DNA of 63,760 nucleotides, counting the filler, from Octopus bimaculoides (taxonomy: Eukaryota), in assembly GCF_001194135.2 (NCBI RefSeq). It is 7 parts of 7 records of this genome, joined end to end, with 100 filler letters (N's around TTAATTAATTAA, not from the genome) between each part and the next. Parts side by side here need not be neighbours in the genome. Positions count along the whole stretch, not along the records: positions 17,464 to 37,742 come from NC_068997.1; 6 more parts are not named here. The stretch is one strand, 5' to 3'. The notes beneath the pieces are model-generated. The model was not told the origin of the DNA, did not search any database, and saw only the letters and a list, made by a program, of their open reading frames with translations. A program made the position numbers and the translations under genes. Below, one piece after another: positions 24,539 to 36,287 of the stretch. Position 1 is the stretch's first letter, and each line of letters starts with the position of its first letter.

Positions 24539-25290
24539 TTAGCAGTATAACCCGACGTTGTCCGGGTGTGACTTATTACGCCATCTACGATAAGTCTTGC
24601 TAGGAGAAAATCAACTAAAAAAGAAAGCCTTACAACGAAAAAAACCCTCATGATGTAAATATGTTCATAATTCAAAAGACGAAATTAATAGGGAAAGTCT
24701 GAAGGCTGTTTTGCGTAAAATTATTAAGCGTACGTAAATTTCATCCGTCTAATTGGCTATAGAAATGCCTGTGCAAAACAACTTTTTGCGCTGCCCTGAT
24801 TATACATAGCAGGGTAATCCTTTTCGCAGGAGCTAGGATGGCAATTTCTGATGAAGCAATTGCTGGCGATCTGTTGCTACACAGTTTTGCCAGAATTCTA
24901 TCAGATTGGGCAGAAGATGTTGATGCACCATTTTGCATTATGTTCAATGTAGCTTCTGGAATGTGGTGAATTGCTACAGTCTATTGCTGTCATTTTAAAC
25001 CAGTTGCTTTCTTTCCCCAGCAAACTCTCTTCTTTGGAGGCATAATCTATATATATATTAAACAGAACAACAAAAGTTATAATAGATGGCAGGGTCGGTA
25101 CTTTTCACATATCTGTAATTTTTCAGATTAACACCTGCACGATTACCCAACCCTAATCCTAACACTAGCCCTAACATTAACCCTAAAACCCTAACCCTGA
25201 CCCTAAAACCATAACCGTAACACTAATCCTAACCCTAACCCTAACCCTAACACCCTAGTGAAAATCGTGGTATATTTACAAAACATTGAC
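24539..25290 (-). mobile_element. Helitron-type element with 3' hairpin end and internal telomere-like tract
   Basis: Minus strand ends CCCGGACAACGTCGGG-TTATACTG-CTAA|T, the same terminus style as 35657-35684. Continues into degenerate (CCCTAA)n at 25145-25255. Confidence 0.7.
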
Positions 25291-26469
25291 GAACATTAGT
25301 TATATNNNNNNNNNNNNNNNNNNNNNNNNNNNNNNNNNNNNNNNNNNNNNNNNNNNNNNNNNNNNNNNNNNNNNNNNNNNNNNNNNNNNNNNNNNNNNNN
25401 NNNNNNNNNNNNNNNNNNNNNNNNNNNNNNNNNNNNNNNNNNNNNNNNNNNNNNNNNNNNNNNNNNNNNNNNNNNNNNNNNNNNNNNNNNNNNNNNNNNN
25501 NNNNNNNNNNNNNNNNNNNNNNNNNNNNNNNNNNNNNNNNNNNNNNNNNNNNNNNNNNNNNNNNNNNNNNNNNNNNNNNNNNNNNNNNNNNNNNNNNNNN
25601 NNNNNNNNNNNNNNNNNNNNNNNNNNNNNNNNNNNNNNNNNNNNNNNNNNNNNNNNNNNNNNNNNNNNNNNNNNNNNNNNNNNNNNNNNNNNNNNNNNNN
25701 NNNNNNNNNNNNNNNNNNNNNNNNNNNNNNNNNNNNNNNNNNNNNNNNNNNNNNNNNNNNNNNNNNNNNNNNNNNNNNNNNNNNNNNNNNNNNNNNNNNN
25801 NNNNNNNNNNNNNNNNNNNNNNNNNNNNNNNNNNNNNNNNNNNNNNNNNNNNNNNNNNNNNNNNNNNNNNNNNNNNNNNNNNNNNNNNNNNNNNNNNNNN
25901 NNNNNNNNNNNNNNNNNNNNNNNNNNNNNNNNNNNNNNNNNNNNNNNNNNNNNNNNNNNNNNNNNNNNNNNNNNNNNNNNNNNNNNNNNNNNNNNNNNNN
26001 NNNNNNNNNNNNNNNNNNNNNNNNNNNNNNNNNNNNNNNNNNNNNNNNNNNNNNNNNNNNNNNNNNNNNNNNNNNNNNNNNNNNNNNNNNNNNNNNNNNN
26101 NNNNNNNNNNNNNNNNNNNNNNNNNNNNNNNNNNNNNNNNNNNNNNNNNNNNNNNNNNNNNNNNNNNNNNNNNNNNNNNNNNNNNNNNNNNNNNNNNNNN
26201 NNNNNNNNNNNNTATAAAAAATAAAAATAAGAATATTAAAAAATAAAAAAATAAGAATAATGAGTGGAAATGAAACTGGTGTGTTAGATAATAAGGCACA
26301 TGAATTCACATAAAGAATCTTGCAAACCAGATACAAAAATGAAGTTGTACATTTGTTTTAATTAATGTTAATGCATTTTCTCAAAGCTAAAATTTTACAA
26401 AAAATTATATAAAAGAATGACCAGTGGGAAAATTATGTAATTATTAATGTAATATTCATGGTTGGAAGT

Positions 26470-26735
26470 ACCTAAAGTTAACAATATTATGAAATGTACT
26501 GAGCATGCCATGCGAGCTACCCTGTTGGGAAACTCACTAACCACTATCCTCTGCTGCTACACCTCACACAATGAACTACCAGAAATAGAAATTTGGCAAT
26601 CCCATCAAGAACCATCTGTCCTAATTGATGCAATCTCAGTACACAACTGTCTCTTAATTGGTGAAAATTTTGATGCTCAATTATTGCTTACCAATTCACT
26701 CTTCACTTTCCACAAAAATACCAACAGAAGTGGCT
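26470..26735 (+). pseudogene. Ancient LINE AP-endonuclease relic
   Basis: LLGNSLTTILCCYTSHN...VHNCLLIGENFDAQL...FTFHKNTNRSG resembles the APE segment TTxISCYSPTN...HNVLIIGGDFNAQ...HxxTNRNG. Confidence 0.65.
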
Positions 26736-26844
26736 AGCACATAAAGAACTTTATGGAACAGTGTTGCTACTACAAAATTGTAGACCCACAGATACTGAAA
26801 AAGACACTGAATATATTACCATCCCTTTGGACCTTTGGAAATAC

Positions 26845-27428
26845 ACTGTGCGTGAGAAGACCCGGCAAGCCAACTGAGACCTAAATCCAAGGCCTCCACC
26901 AGGGGTGTAGCCATCCCACTTATGCGTATCTTCCTTCATTGGACACAAAACTCCACTTGTGAAGATCTGTTGAGGCAAGTGAAATCGGAATCGAAATTCG
27001 AACTAAATTCGACGACTGGCACCCATGCCAACATCGTCTCCTTCATTGGACACGAAACTCGGCTTGTGAAGACCTGTTGGGGCAAGCGAAAGCGAAATCG
27101 TGATGGCACCTGTGCCCGTAGCATGTGTAAAGACATTCGAGCGAGATCATGCCAGAGGTGCTGGACTAGCTCCTGTGCAGGTGCCACGTAAAATACCCCA
27201 TTTTGAGCGTGGCCATTGCCAGTACCACCTGACTGGCCTTTGTGCCGGTGGCACGTAAAAGCACCCACTACACTCTCGGAGTGGTTGGCGTTAGGAAGGG
27301 CATCCAGCTGTAGAAACTCTACCAAATCAGATTGGAGCCTGGTGTAGCCATCCAGTTCACCAGTCCTCAGTCAAATCGTCCAACCCATGCTAGCATGGAA
27401 AGCGGACGTTAAACAATGATGATGATGA
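26845..27428 (+). mobile_element. RTE LINE 3' UTR copy, well preserved, inserted into an older LINE relic
   Basis: High similarity to 1621-1848 and 29902-30220. Ends gcggacgttaaacaatgatgatgatgat. Confidence 0.85.
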
Positions 27429-27764
27429 TAACTGGCACTCCATCAGTTACAACGATGAGGGTTCCAGTTGATCTGGCCAACAGAATAACCTGCTTGTGAA
27501 ATTAATGTGCACATGGATGAGTATTCCACAGACATGCATAACCTTAACATAGTTCTCAGGGAAATTCAGTGTGACACAGAATGTGACAAAGCTGGCCTTC
27601 TGAAATAAGGTGCTACTCATTTTCACCAGCTGAATAGAAAATAAAGTATCTTGCTCAAGGACACAATATGGCAGGAATTGAACTCACAACCTTATGATCA
27701 TGAGCCAAATACCCTAACCACTAAGTCACATACTTACTCTTGTTCTAATGATAGTACACAACTC

Positions 27765-28150
27765 AATAGGGTCAGTGACCTCAACTATTTTGGGTCCTAT
27801 ATTGCTGACAGTAAGCAAGACATCCTAACATGAAATGGACAAATTTGAAGTAACTGTAACTACCTGGCAATCAAATACTTCAAAGTCAACAAGGAGTCAA
27901 ATTTTGGATTATGAAGATCACCATCATGGTATGTGTAAACTATACCATGAGGGTAATCTCAAAACATCTCTCATCTCTAATATTAATGTTCAATGCAGAT
28001 TAGGCTTTGCTGGTCACTGCTATCATATCAGACCATATCAGATATTATATTTTGGAGACTTCCGTACCCTAATAAAAGTTGAAGACCATTCAGCTATACT
28101 GTTGTTATTGCCAGAGATACACAACATGAAATTGATGACCAACAAAAGCT
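27765..28150 (+). pseudogene. LINE RT C-terminal relic
   Basis: LNRVSDLNYFGSYIADSKQDI (V.DFKYLGS-like) and CRLGFAGHCY (RL.FAGHC-like), with frameshifts. Confidence 0.6.
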
Positions 28151-28881
28151 AATGGAAGATAGAAACTCTTGGCATGACATTGTGAAATGCATTTTTGTTG
28201 CAGATGCTTAATGAGAGTAGACAGGAGGGAGAGGAAAAAGGAAACTCACCACAAACATTGAATGAATTTATGCAAACTTCTAATAAAACACACACACACA
28301 ATGTACAAACAAGCATATGCAAAGACAAATACACACATGTGAATCAGTGTATGTATGCAGCAACAGCAGTGGCAACAACAACAATGCCATTCCCACCAAC
28401 ATACATCCATCCATTTTCCATGCTAGCATGCCAAGAAGCTGCACCAGTCTCCATAGTCTGCTTTGGCATGGTTTCTACGGCTGGATGACCTCCCTAAAAC
28501 AAACCATTTTAGAGTAAATGGGGTGTTTTTTTACATGGCATTTGCACCAGAGAGGCCACCAAGTAACTTGCAAGGCAAATACTCCTGACTGGAAGGATGA
28601 GTAGTAGTGAGGGAGTTTTGAAACTGTTTAAGCCTTTAGAAAACTTCATTTCATGGGCGTCCTTTGTGTTAACTATTCTTAAACATCTGGCACATTTTGA
28701 AGCCACATAAATGAGATGATAAAAGACAAAAGGAAAGTGATGATAATGAATTAAACTTATACTTATGAAAGATGAGAAAATAGAAAAGCAAATATATGAC
28801 TTGGCAAGCGACAATGAAAATAGATTAAATATTATTAGATTAAATAAGAATTAATAGTGAGTAGTAATCAGATAAACAAAC

Positions 28882-29063
28882 CTTCCAATCTTCAGACTGC
28901 AAAATTGGCAAAATATGATGATTGATAATATTGTCAGAGTGTAAAGGTTGCACACCCATCTGAAGGATGAGCTTATGCACTTGTATGTTGATTTCAGCGT
29001 CATCAGTGCAGAACAGTTCTGAGTGAACAGTTCTTAAGTCATTCCAGAGAGGCAAGAATTTAT
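28882..29063 (-). CDS. Internal exon of a NO VEIN-like / sacsin-related protein
   Basis: Acceptor ccttttttcag. Reads (D)KFLPLWNDLRTVHSELFCTDDAEINIQVHKLILQMGVQPLHSDNIINHHILPILQSEDWK. Donor AG|gtttgt. The GVxxL...II..HILP motif resembles NO VEIN-like proteins from memory. Phase 0 joins in frame to 24277. Confidence 0.75.
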
Positions 29064-29901
29064 CTGAAAAAAGGTGGGGTGGAGTAAATAACATGAAAAC
29101 TCAAGTAACATTATGAATATGTATGCATGTATGTACATATGTAAATGTGTGTGTGTGAGTGTATGCCAGTGTGTATACATATATGTACACACAAATATAC
29201 ACACATATGTAAATGTGTACATTTATATTTAACACGTTTATGCACATTCAAATGTAGAAACTTTGCTGCTGCAAAAGGTGAAGCATTACCCTACAGAAAT
29301 ACATGTTTTACAGTCCAATGACATCATTCATAGCCCAGCTCAATGGTTCTTAACATAGGTCAGTAGTGTTTCCTGTAAGAAGTTGTCTTCTGAGGCGGAT
29401 GTCATAGCAAGTACACACAAATATAATAAATATAAATGTACACAGCTATATTTTAACCATTGCTTGATAAAGATTAGTGCATACCAGCAAATTTATTTGT
29501 GAACAACTGTTCTTAACGGGTTATGAATGATGAACTATATATAATAATGCAAATGAGGAAAAGAGAAATTCAAATTGATGTTACATTCATTTCATGAAAC
29601 AAATTTTTTTTTATTCCATATCACATATAAAGTTATGTAATACATACAATATATGCAACATATTTGATAAAATAAAATAAAATTATTATTGTTCATTCAC
29701 ATCCATGGACATTACAGTTTGAAACACAATCAATGTATAAAATGAACATGTAATGCAAGATGAATTTCTAAGATTTCACATGTACGTCAACTCCATGCAA
29801 ATTGACAGAATGTATACAATCCTTCATTAAGGAACTTCTTAGCATTTGATATGTTATAAAAAATGATGATGATGATGATAGTGATATTTAAAAATATACA
29901 C

Positions 29902-30770
29902 ATCATCATCATCGTTTAACGTCCGCTTTCCATGCTAGCATGGGTTGGACGATTTGACTGAGGACTGGTGAAACCGGATGGCAACACCAGGCTCCAGTCT
30001 GATTTGGCAGAGTTTCTACAGCTGGATGCCCTTCCTAACGCCAACCACTCAGAGAGTGTAGTGGGTGCTTTTACGTGTCACCCGCACGAAAACGGCCACG
30101 CTCGAAATGGTGTCTTTTATGTGCCACCCGCACAAGCCAGTCCAGGGGCACTGGCAACGATCTCGCTCGAAAATCCTACAGGAGCCAGTCAGGCGGTACT
30201 GGCAACGGCCACGCTCAAAANNNNNNNNNNNNNNNNNNNNNNNNNNNNNNNNNNNNNNNNNNNNNNNNNNNNNNNNNNNNNNNNNNNNNNNNNNNNNNNN
30301 NNNNNNNNNNNNNNNNNNNNNNNNNNNNNNNNNNNNNNNNNNNNNNNNNNNNNNNNNNNNNNNNNNNNNNNNNNNNNNNNNNNNNNCATTTCCAAAGGTC
30401 TCGGTCCGTAGTCATCGCCTCGGTGAGGCCTAATGTACGAAGGTCTTGCCTCACCACCTCAGCCCAGGTCTTCCTGGGCCTACCTCTTCCACGGGTTCCC
30501 TCAACTGTTAGGGTGTGGCACTTTTTCACGCAGCTATCCTCCTCCATTCTCACCACATGTCCATACCAGCGCAATCGTCTCTCTTGCACGCCACAACTGA
30601 TGCTTCTAATGTTCAGCTTTTCTCTCAAGATACTTACACTCTGACGGGTATTCACATTGACATTACACATCCAACGGAGCATACTGGCTTCATTCCTTGC
30701 GAGCTTACGTATGTCCTCAGCAGTTACAGCCCATGTTTCACTGCCATGTAGCATGGTATAAACATACATG
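29902..30770 (-). mobile_element. 5'-truncated RTE-clade LINE with open RT C-terminus
   Basis: MLHGSETWAV...RRLRWYGHVVRM...GTRGRGRPRKTW...DRDLWK are RTE-type C-terminal motifs, followed by the 3' UTR and (GAT)n tail. Confidence 0.92.
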
Positions 30771-31087
30771 CTATAAACATAAATTTATATACATAAAACA
30801 TATACACGCCCAAACATAATCAAGTACTCATATATATATAAATATATACTTATACACACACATATATATATAAACATTCATATCTACATCTATATACACA
30901 TATATCAGAATACACTCACAACCAAACACATATGTACATACAAATGTATACATAAAGGTGATAGTCACTTATGTACACAGACATGCATATGCATAAAGAA
31001 TAATAAATATAACTACATATACACACATAATATATACAAATGTAAATATATTTGTACATAACTACAACTATGTATGTGTGTGTATAT

Positions 31088-31426
31088 ATATATCTTAATA
31101 TATAAATCTGAAATTGTGTGTTTGTGTGAAGCCTTTTTGAATGTTTATAGAAATCCACATTTTCCACTTTTTCGTAAAATTTTTTACATCAATGGAATTT
31201 TCTCGATCTGAACTTTCCAGTGCAGTAATTAGATTTTTTAAATTCCGTTTACTTTGTGTGATTTAAGGGAGATTTGGCTGTTGTTTCTAGCAACTTTTAT
31301 ATTTCATCCCTGCTACCTGGAACGCCATTCTTACACACGTGCTCAACATAAAAATATAGAGAGTAAAAGAGGGAGAGGGAGAGAGAGAGAAAGTGATACA
31401 TACGTCATAGATTAAACTTTCATCTC
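31088..31426 (+). mobile_element. Probable Helitron-type 5' end
   Basis: A|TCTTAATATATAAATCTGAAATTGTGTGTTTGTGTG resembles the start of the element at 34560. The 3' end is lost in the gap. Confidence 0.45.
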
Positions 31427-32659
31427 NNNNNNNNNNNNNNNNNNNNNNNNNNNNNNNNNNNNNNNNNNNNNNNNNNNNNNNNNNNNNNNNNNNNNNNNNN
31501 NNNNNNNNNNNNNNNNNNNNNNNNNNNNNNNNNNNNNNNNNNNNNNNNNNNNNNNNNNNNNNNNNNNNNNNNNNNNNNNNNNNNNNNNNNNNNNNNNNNN
31601 NNNNNNNNNNNNNNNNNNNNNNNNNNNNNNNNNNNNNNNNNNNNNNNNNNNNNNNNNNNNNNNNNNNNNNNNNNNNNNNNNNNNNNNNNNNNNNNNNNNN
31701 NNNNNNNNNNNNNNNNNNNNNNNNNNNNNNNNNNNNNNNNNNNNNNNNNNNNNNNNNNNNNNNNNNNNNNNNNNNNNNNNNNNNNNNNNNNNNNNNNNNN
31801 NNNNNNNNNNNNNNNNNNNNNNNNNNNNNNNNNNNNNNNNNNNNNNNNNNNNNNNNNNNNNNNNNNNNNNNNNNNNNNNNNNNNNNNNNNNNNNNNNNNN
31901 NNNNNNNNNNNNNNNNNNNNNNNNNNNNNNNNNNNNNNNNNNNNNNNNNNNNNNNNNNNNNNNNNNNNNNNNNNNNNNNNNNNNNNNNNNNNNNNNNNNN
32001 NNNNNNNNNNNNNNNNNNNNNNNNNNNNNNNNNNNNNNNNNNNNNNNNNNNNNNNNNNNNNNNNNNNNNNNNNNNNNNNNNNNNNNNNNNNNNNNNNNNN
32101 NNNNNNNNNNNNNNNNNNNNNNNNNNNNNNNNNNNNNNNNNNNNNNNNNNNNNNNNNNNNNNNNNNNNNNNNNNNNNNNNNNNNNNNNNNNNNNNNNNNN
32201 NNNNNNNNNNNNNNNNNNNNNNNNNNNNNNNNNNNNNNNNNNNNNNNNNNNNNNNNNNNNNNNNNNNNNNNNNNNNNNNNNNNNNNNNNNNNNNNNNNNN
32301 NNNNNNNNNNNNNNNNNNNNNNNNNNNNNNNNNNNNNNNNNNNNAATTTTGTACAAATGTACCTTGATGTATGTACATTTCAAGCATGTAGGAATTTTGA
32401 AGGAAACAACTGCAGGTTATTTTTGAGAAGTGTTCCCCACTCGGTGGTGTTTTGGAGCAAGTCGTCCATATTTGTTTCATTTTTCTCTATTATGTGCTTA
32501 TGTGCATCCTTAGATTTCTAATGAAGTAATAGGCAGTGAAGAGAAGCAGTCATGAGAAAACTTTTAACTACCCCTATTCCTTTCTCTCCCCCTCTCTACC
32601 TCTTCCTCTCTCGCTCTCTCAAAAGCATACACGTGCAAGTACACAATCATTCAGTAAAA

Positions 32660-32908
32660 TATAACTCATGTTCGTCAATGTTTTGTAAATTTACCAAGAT
32701 TTTCACTAGGGGGTCAGGGTCAGGGTTTAGCATTAATGTTACGGTTACGGTTTTTAGGGTCAGGGTTAGGGTTAGGGCTTTAGGGTTTAGGGTTAGTGTT
32801 AGGATTAGGGTTGGGTAATCGTGCGGGTGTTAATCTGAAAAATTACAGATATGTGAAAAGTACCGACACTGCCATCTATTATAACTTTTGTTGTTCTGTT
32901 TAATATAT
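32660..32908 (+). repeat. Inverted copy of 25055-25295 with degenerate (TTAGGG)n tract
   Basis: ttttcactaggg...ttagggttaggg...ttaatctgaaaaattacagatatgtgaaaagtaccgac...ttgttctgtttaatat is the reverse complement of 25055-25295. Confidence 0.9.
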
Positions 32909-33143
32909 NNNNNNNNNNTATATATACACACACCAGGAACCACGCTAATATCTTAGGAGAGAAATTTAAGATGTCTCAATTTCTTGAGAATCAAATTTGA
33001 TAAAACTTTTCCCAGCTGGTTTGTACACTATGGCAACACCATTGTTAAGTTTTCATGATTCTGTGTAATGTCCTTACTTTTTTATTTCAGGTTCTTCAGT
33101 TTTTGGGTGACCATGCTAACAACATCTCTCGTCTCTAAGAACA

Positions 33144-34008
33144 ATGGGATGTGGAAAAGGCCATAATGATGAAGAAAAGTCTGTCATCATCAAGGAAAGT
33201 GCTACAGGTAACTCTCTTCATGTCATTGCGGAGAAGTTAAGTTGTCATGTGGACATGGTTAGACGATTCTTAAAGAACCCTTCTCCAAGGAAGAAATAAT
33301 CTGATTGTGGGACTTCCAAGACTATGATAACTAAGGATTTGAGGAATATTGGCTGCAAGTTATGTGGGAAACCTGAACAAACAAGCATAGCCATTTTCAC
33401 CACCTCATGTTTCGAAAATCACCAGAAATCGCATCCTCGGGAATATGGCTTCCGTGCGAGGACCCCTGAAACTGCTTCCTTTAATGCCCTGTCACACGAG
33501 TTTGAGGCTTCCATGGGCCCAAAAGTACATGATGTTAGACATGAGTTGTATTCTGTTCACTGATGAAACCAGGGCAACCCTTGTTGGACCAGATGGTTGG
33601 GCAAATGGTTAGGTCTATTTTAGAGATGAGCATCACCAATGTTTAGGACGTTAACAACATGGTAGAGGAGTCACATTGTGGGATAGTATCATTGGGGACA
33701 GACTTGTTGGCCCAGTCAGGGTGCCTGAAGGGGTTAAAGTGACCACAGCCACCTACTGCAATCTCCTGAAGGAGGTCTTGAAACCCTGGCTAGATGACAT
33801 ACTGTTGTCTTTTCTAAGGAATCTTGTATTCAAGCATGAAAAAGCTATCGAAAATCTTTGGTCCATCATTAAACAAGATATCTTATGGGCGACCATCAAA
33901 GCTGTAGCAGAGGCAGTCCAGCCTGCTACTATTGAGAAATTGATAGATTCCATGACTAATAGGGTTTTTGAAGTTATCCATCAAAATGGCACTCATATAG
34001 TTAAATAA
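33144..34008 (+). pseudogene. Decayed Tc1/mariner transposase
   Basis: MGCGK...IAEKLSCHVDMVRRFLKNP (HTH), VLFTDETRATL (first catalytic D), LVGPVRVPEGVK and IENLWSIIKQD. It has stops and frameshifts and a deletion removing the QDNAP...SPDLN segment. Confidence 0.85.
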
Positions 34009-34100
34009 TTCATTATGTCAATAAATGTTATAATATTATTATGATCTTCAGTTAAATATATATTCAATATATTCATTTTCTGAAAAAAAAAAAAATGTCT

Positions 34101-34505
34101 AGGCGCAGGAGCGGCTGTGTGGTAAGTAGCTTGCTTACGAACCACATGGTTCCGGGTCCAGTCCCACTGCGTGGCACCTTGGGCAAGTGTCTTCCACTAT
34201 AGCCTCGGGTTGACCAATGCCTTGTGAGTGGATTTGGTAGACGGAAACTGAAAGAAGCCCGTCATATATATATATATATATGCATGTGTGTTTGTGTGTC
34301 TGTGTTGTCCCCCCCCCCCACCATCATTTGACAACCGATGCTGGTGTGTTTACGTCCCCGTAACTTAGTGGTTCGGCAAAAAGAGACTGATAGAATAAGT
34401 ACTAGGCTTACAAAGAATAAGTCCTGGGGTCGATTTGCTTGACTAAAGGCGGTGCTCCAGCATGGCCGCAGTCAAATGACTGAAACAAGTAAAAGAGTAA
34501 AGAGT
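34101..34505 (+). mobile_element. SINE family A, full-length (tRNA-derived head, internal TA/CA tract, aaaga tail)
   Basis: A-box-like ggctgtgtggtaag and B-box-like ggtccagtcc. Related copies at about 255-430(-), 20640-20855, 38833-39160, 41270-41420(-), 43880-44370, 50155-50370(-), 52093-52333, 54237-54540(-), 58410-58495(-), 59065-59460(-). Confidence 0.85.
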
Positions 34506-34559
34506 ATGAGCTATTTTCATTCCAAAGCTATTACTGTGGTTCACCCCAAAACCGAAGAA

Positions 34560-35684
34560 TCTGTATATATATAAAAGAGAGGATGTTTGTGTGTGCGTGT
34601 ACGTGCATGTAGTTTATGCACGCCCACAAATTAGCATGCATGTTGCTCCAATTTTAGGAGGTGATGTGTCATGACTTTATGTGCATTTTAGCGAAATTTT
34701 TCTCTCAGAGGCACCCGCGTATAGCTGTAAAAATCGATAAACTTTTACCAATTTTGAAGTTTGTTGACATGGCGAAGTCAAATCTGTGCATACGCGCATG
34801 AAGGAGAGAGAGAGAGAAAGAAAGAAAGAAATAGTGTGTTTGTGACAGGGGGGAGATACAGTGTTTGCTAGCGTCCAAAAAAATAAAAATGAAAAAATGG
34901 GTAAGGCAGACAGAAATCAAAGCAAATTTTTCTAAGCAAGACAGAGTTTACTTTGCTAGCGTCTAAAAAAAAAACAAAAAAAAAACAAAAGAACGAAAAA
35001 GTGGAAAGGGAGGCAGNNNNNNNNNNNNNNNNNNNNNNNNNNNNNNNNNNNNNNNNNNNNNNNNNNNNNNNNNNNNNNNNNNNNNNNNNNNNNNNNNNNN
35101 NNNNNNNNNNNNNNNNNNNNNNNNNNNNNNNNNNNNNNNNNNNNNNNNNNNNNNNNNNNNNNNNNNNNNNNNNNNNNNNNNNNNNNNNNNNNNNNNNNNN
35201 NNNNNNNNNNNNNNNNNNNNNNNNNNNNNNNNNNNNNNNNNNNNNNNNNNNNNNNNNNNNNNNNNNNNNNNNNNNNNNNNNNNNNNNNNNNNNNNNNNNN
35301 NNNNNNNNNNNNNNNNNNNNNNNNNNNNNNNNNNNNNNNNNNNNNNNNNNNNNNNNNNNNNNNNNNNNNNNNNNNNNNNNNNNNNNNNNNNNNNNNNNNN
35401 NNNNNNNNNNNNNNNNNNNNNNNNNNNNNNNNNNNNNNNNNNNNNNNNNNNNNNNNNNCTCTAATGCAACTTTAAAAAAACAGTCAATGAGTGGAAATAA
35501 CCAATAAACTGATTCCTTATGGGATTTCCCAATTAAATTGCCAGCAAACCGTTTTCAGTCAAACCAATTTCAACGGATTTCGCTCAAATCTGATGTCCAT
35601 GTTACTTATTTTGGTTTGAAATAAAGCACTTGATCACTTAATAATCCTAGCTTAATCCCGAGCAGCGCCAGGCTATACTGCTAG
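34560..35684 (+). mobile_element. Non-autonomous Helitron with both termini
   Basis: A|TCTGTATATATATAAAAG at the 5' end. Degenerate hairpin CCCGAGCAGCGCCAGG then CTATACTG-CTAG|T at the 3' end. A|T target, no TSD. Confidence 0.85.
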
Positions 35685-35869
35685 TATGAAATAAAAAAGA
35701 AAGGACATTACACAGAATAATGAAAACATAACAATGGTGTTGCAATAGTGTGCAAATCAGCTGAGAAAAGTTTTATCAAAATCGATTCACAGAAAACTGA
35801 GAAATCTTAAAATTCACTCCTAAGCTATTAGCGTGGTTCTGAGTGTATGTGTGTGTGTGTGTGTGTGCG

Positions 35870-35912
<43 letters not shown>

Positions 35913-35916
<4 letters not shown>

Positions 35917-36287
35917 ATTGAGGGAATAGAGTAGGTAAAATCCAGGGTACATATGCTTCCTAGCTAGCAGAACCTCCGAATTAGTAAATATTCAAAGAGG
36001 AGTGCTCCACTAGTTACTCATCAGGCCGAAGATACCTTAGTTATATGAAAGTTACATTGACATCATGGGATCCAGAGTTAACTCGCAGGAGATTTGATTT
36101 TAAGTCACATCTGCCAGTTAACTCAGGATCCCTTGATGAGAATGTAAACTTTATTTAACTATGGTATCTTCGACCTGATGAGTAGCTAGTGGAGTACTCC
36201 TCTTTGAATAATTACTACTTCCAAGGTTCTGCTAGCTATGAAACATATGTAACCTGGATTTTACCTACTCCATTCCCTCAATTTTGA
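35913..36287. repeat. ~375-bp foldback palindrome
   Basis: The left arm tcaaattgagggaatagagtaggtaaaatccagg...gagttaact pairs with the right arm agttaactc...cctggattttacctactccattccctcaattttga, with only a short central loop. Confidence 0.92.

Noticed and set aside
34101-34180. SINE heads as tRNA genes
   Set aside because: They have A/B-box-like motifs but no complete cloverleaf, and they continue into SINE body sequence. Only 41452-41524 folds as a full tRNA.
36170-36235. CTGATGAG in the foldback arms as a hammerhead core
   Set aside because: No GAAA follows any plausible stem II in either arm.
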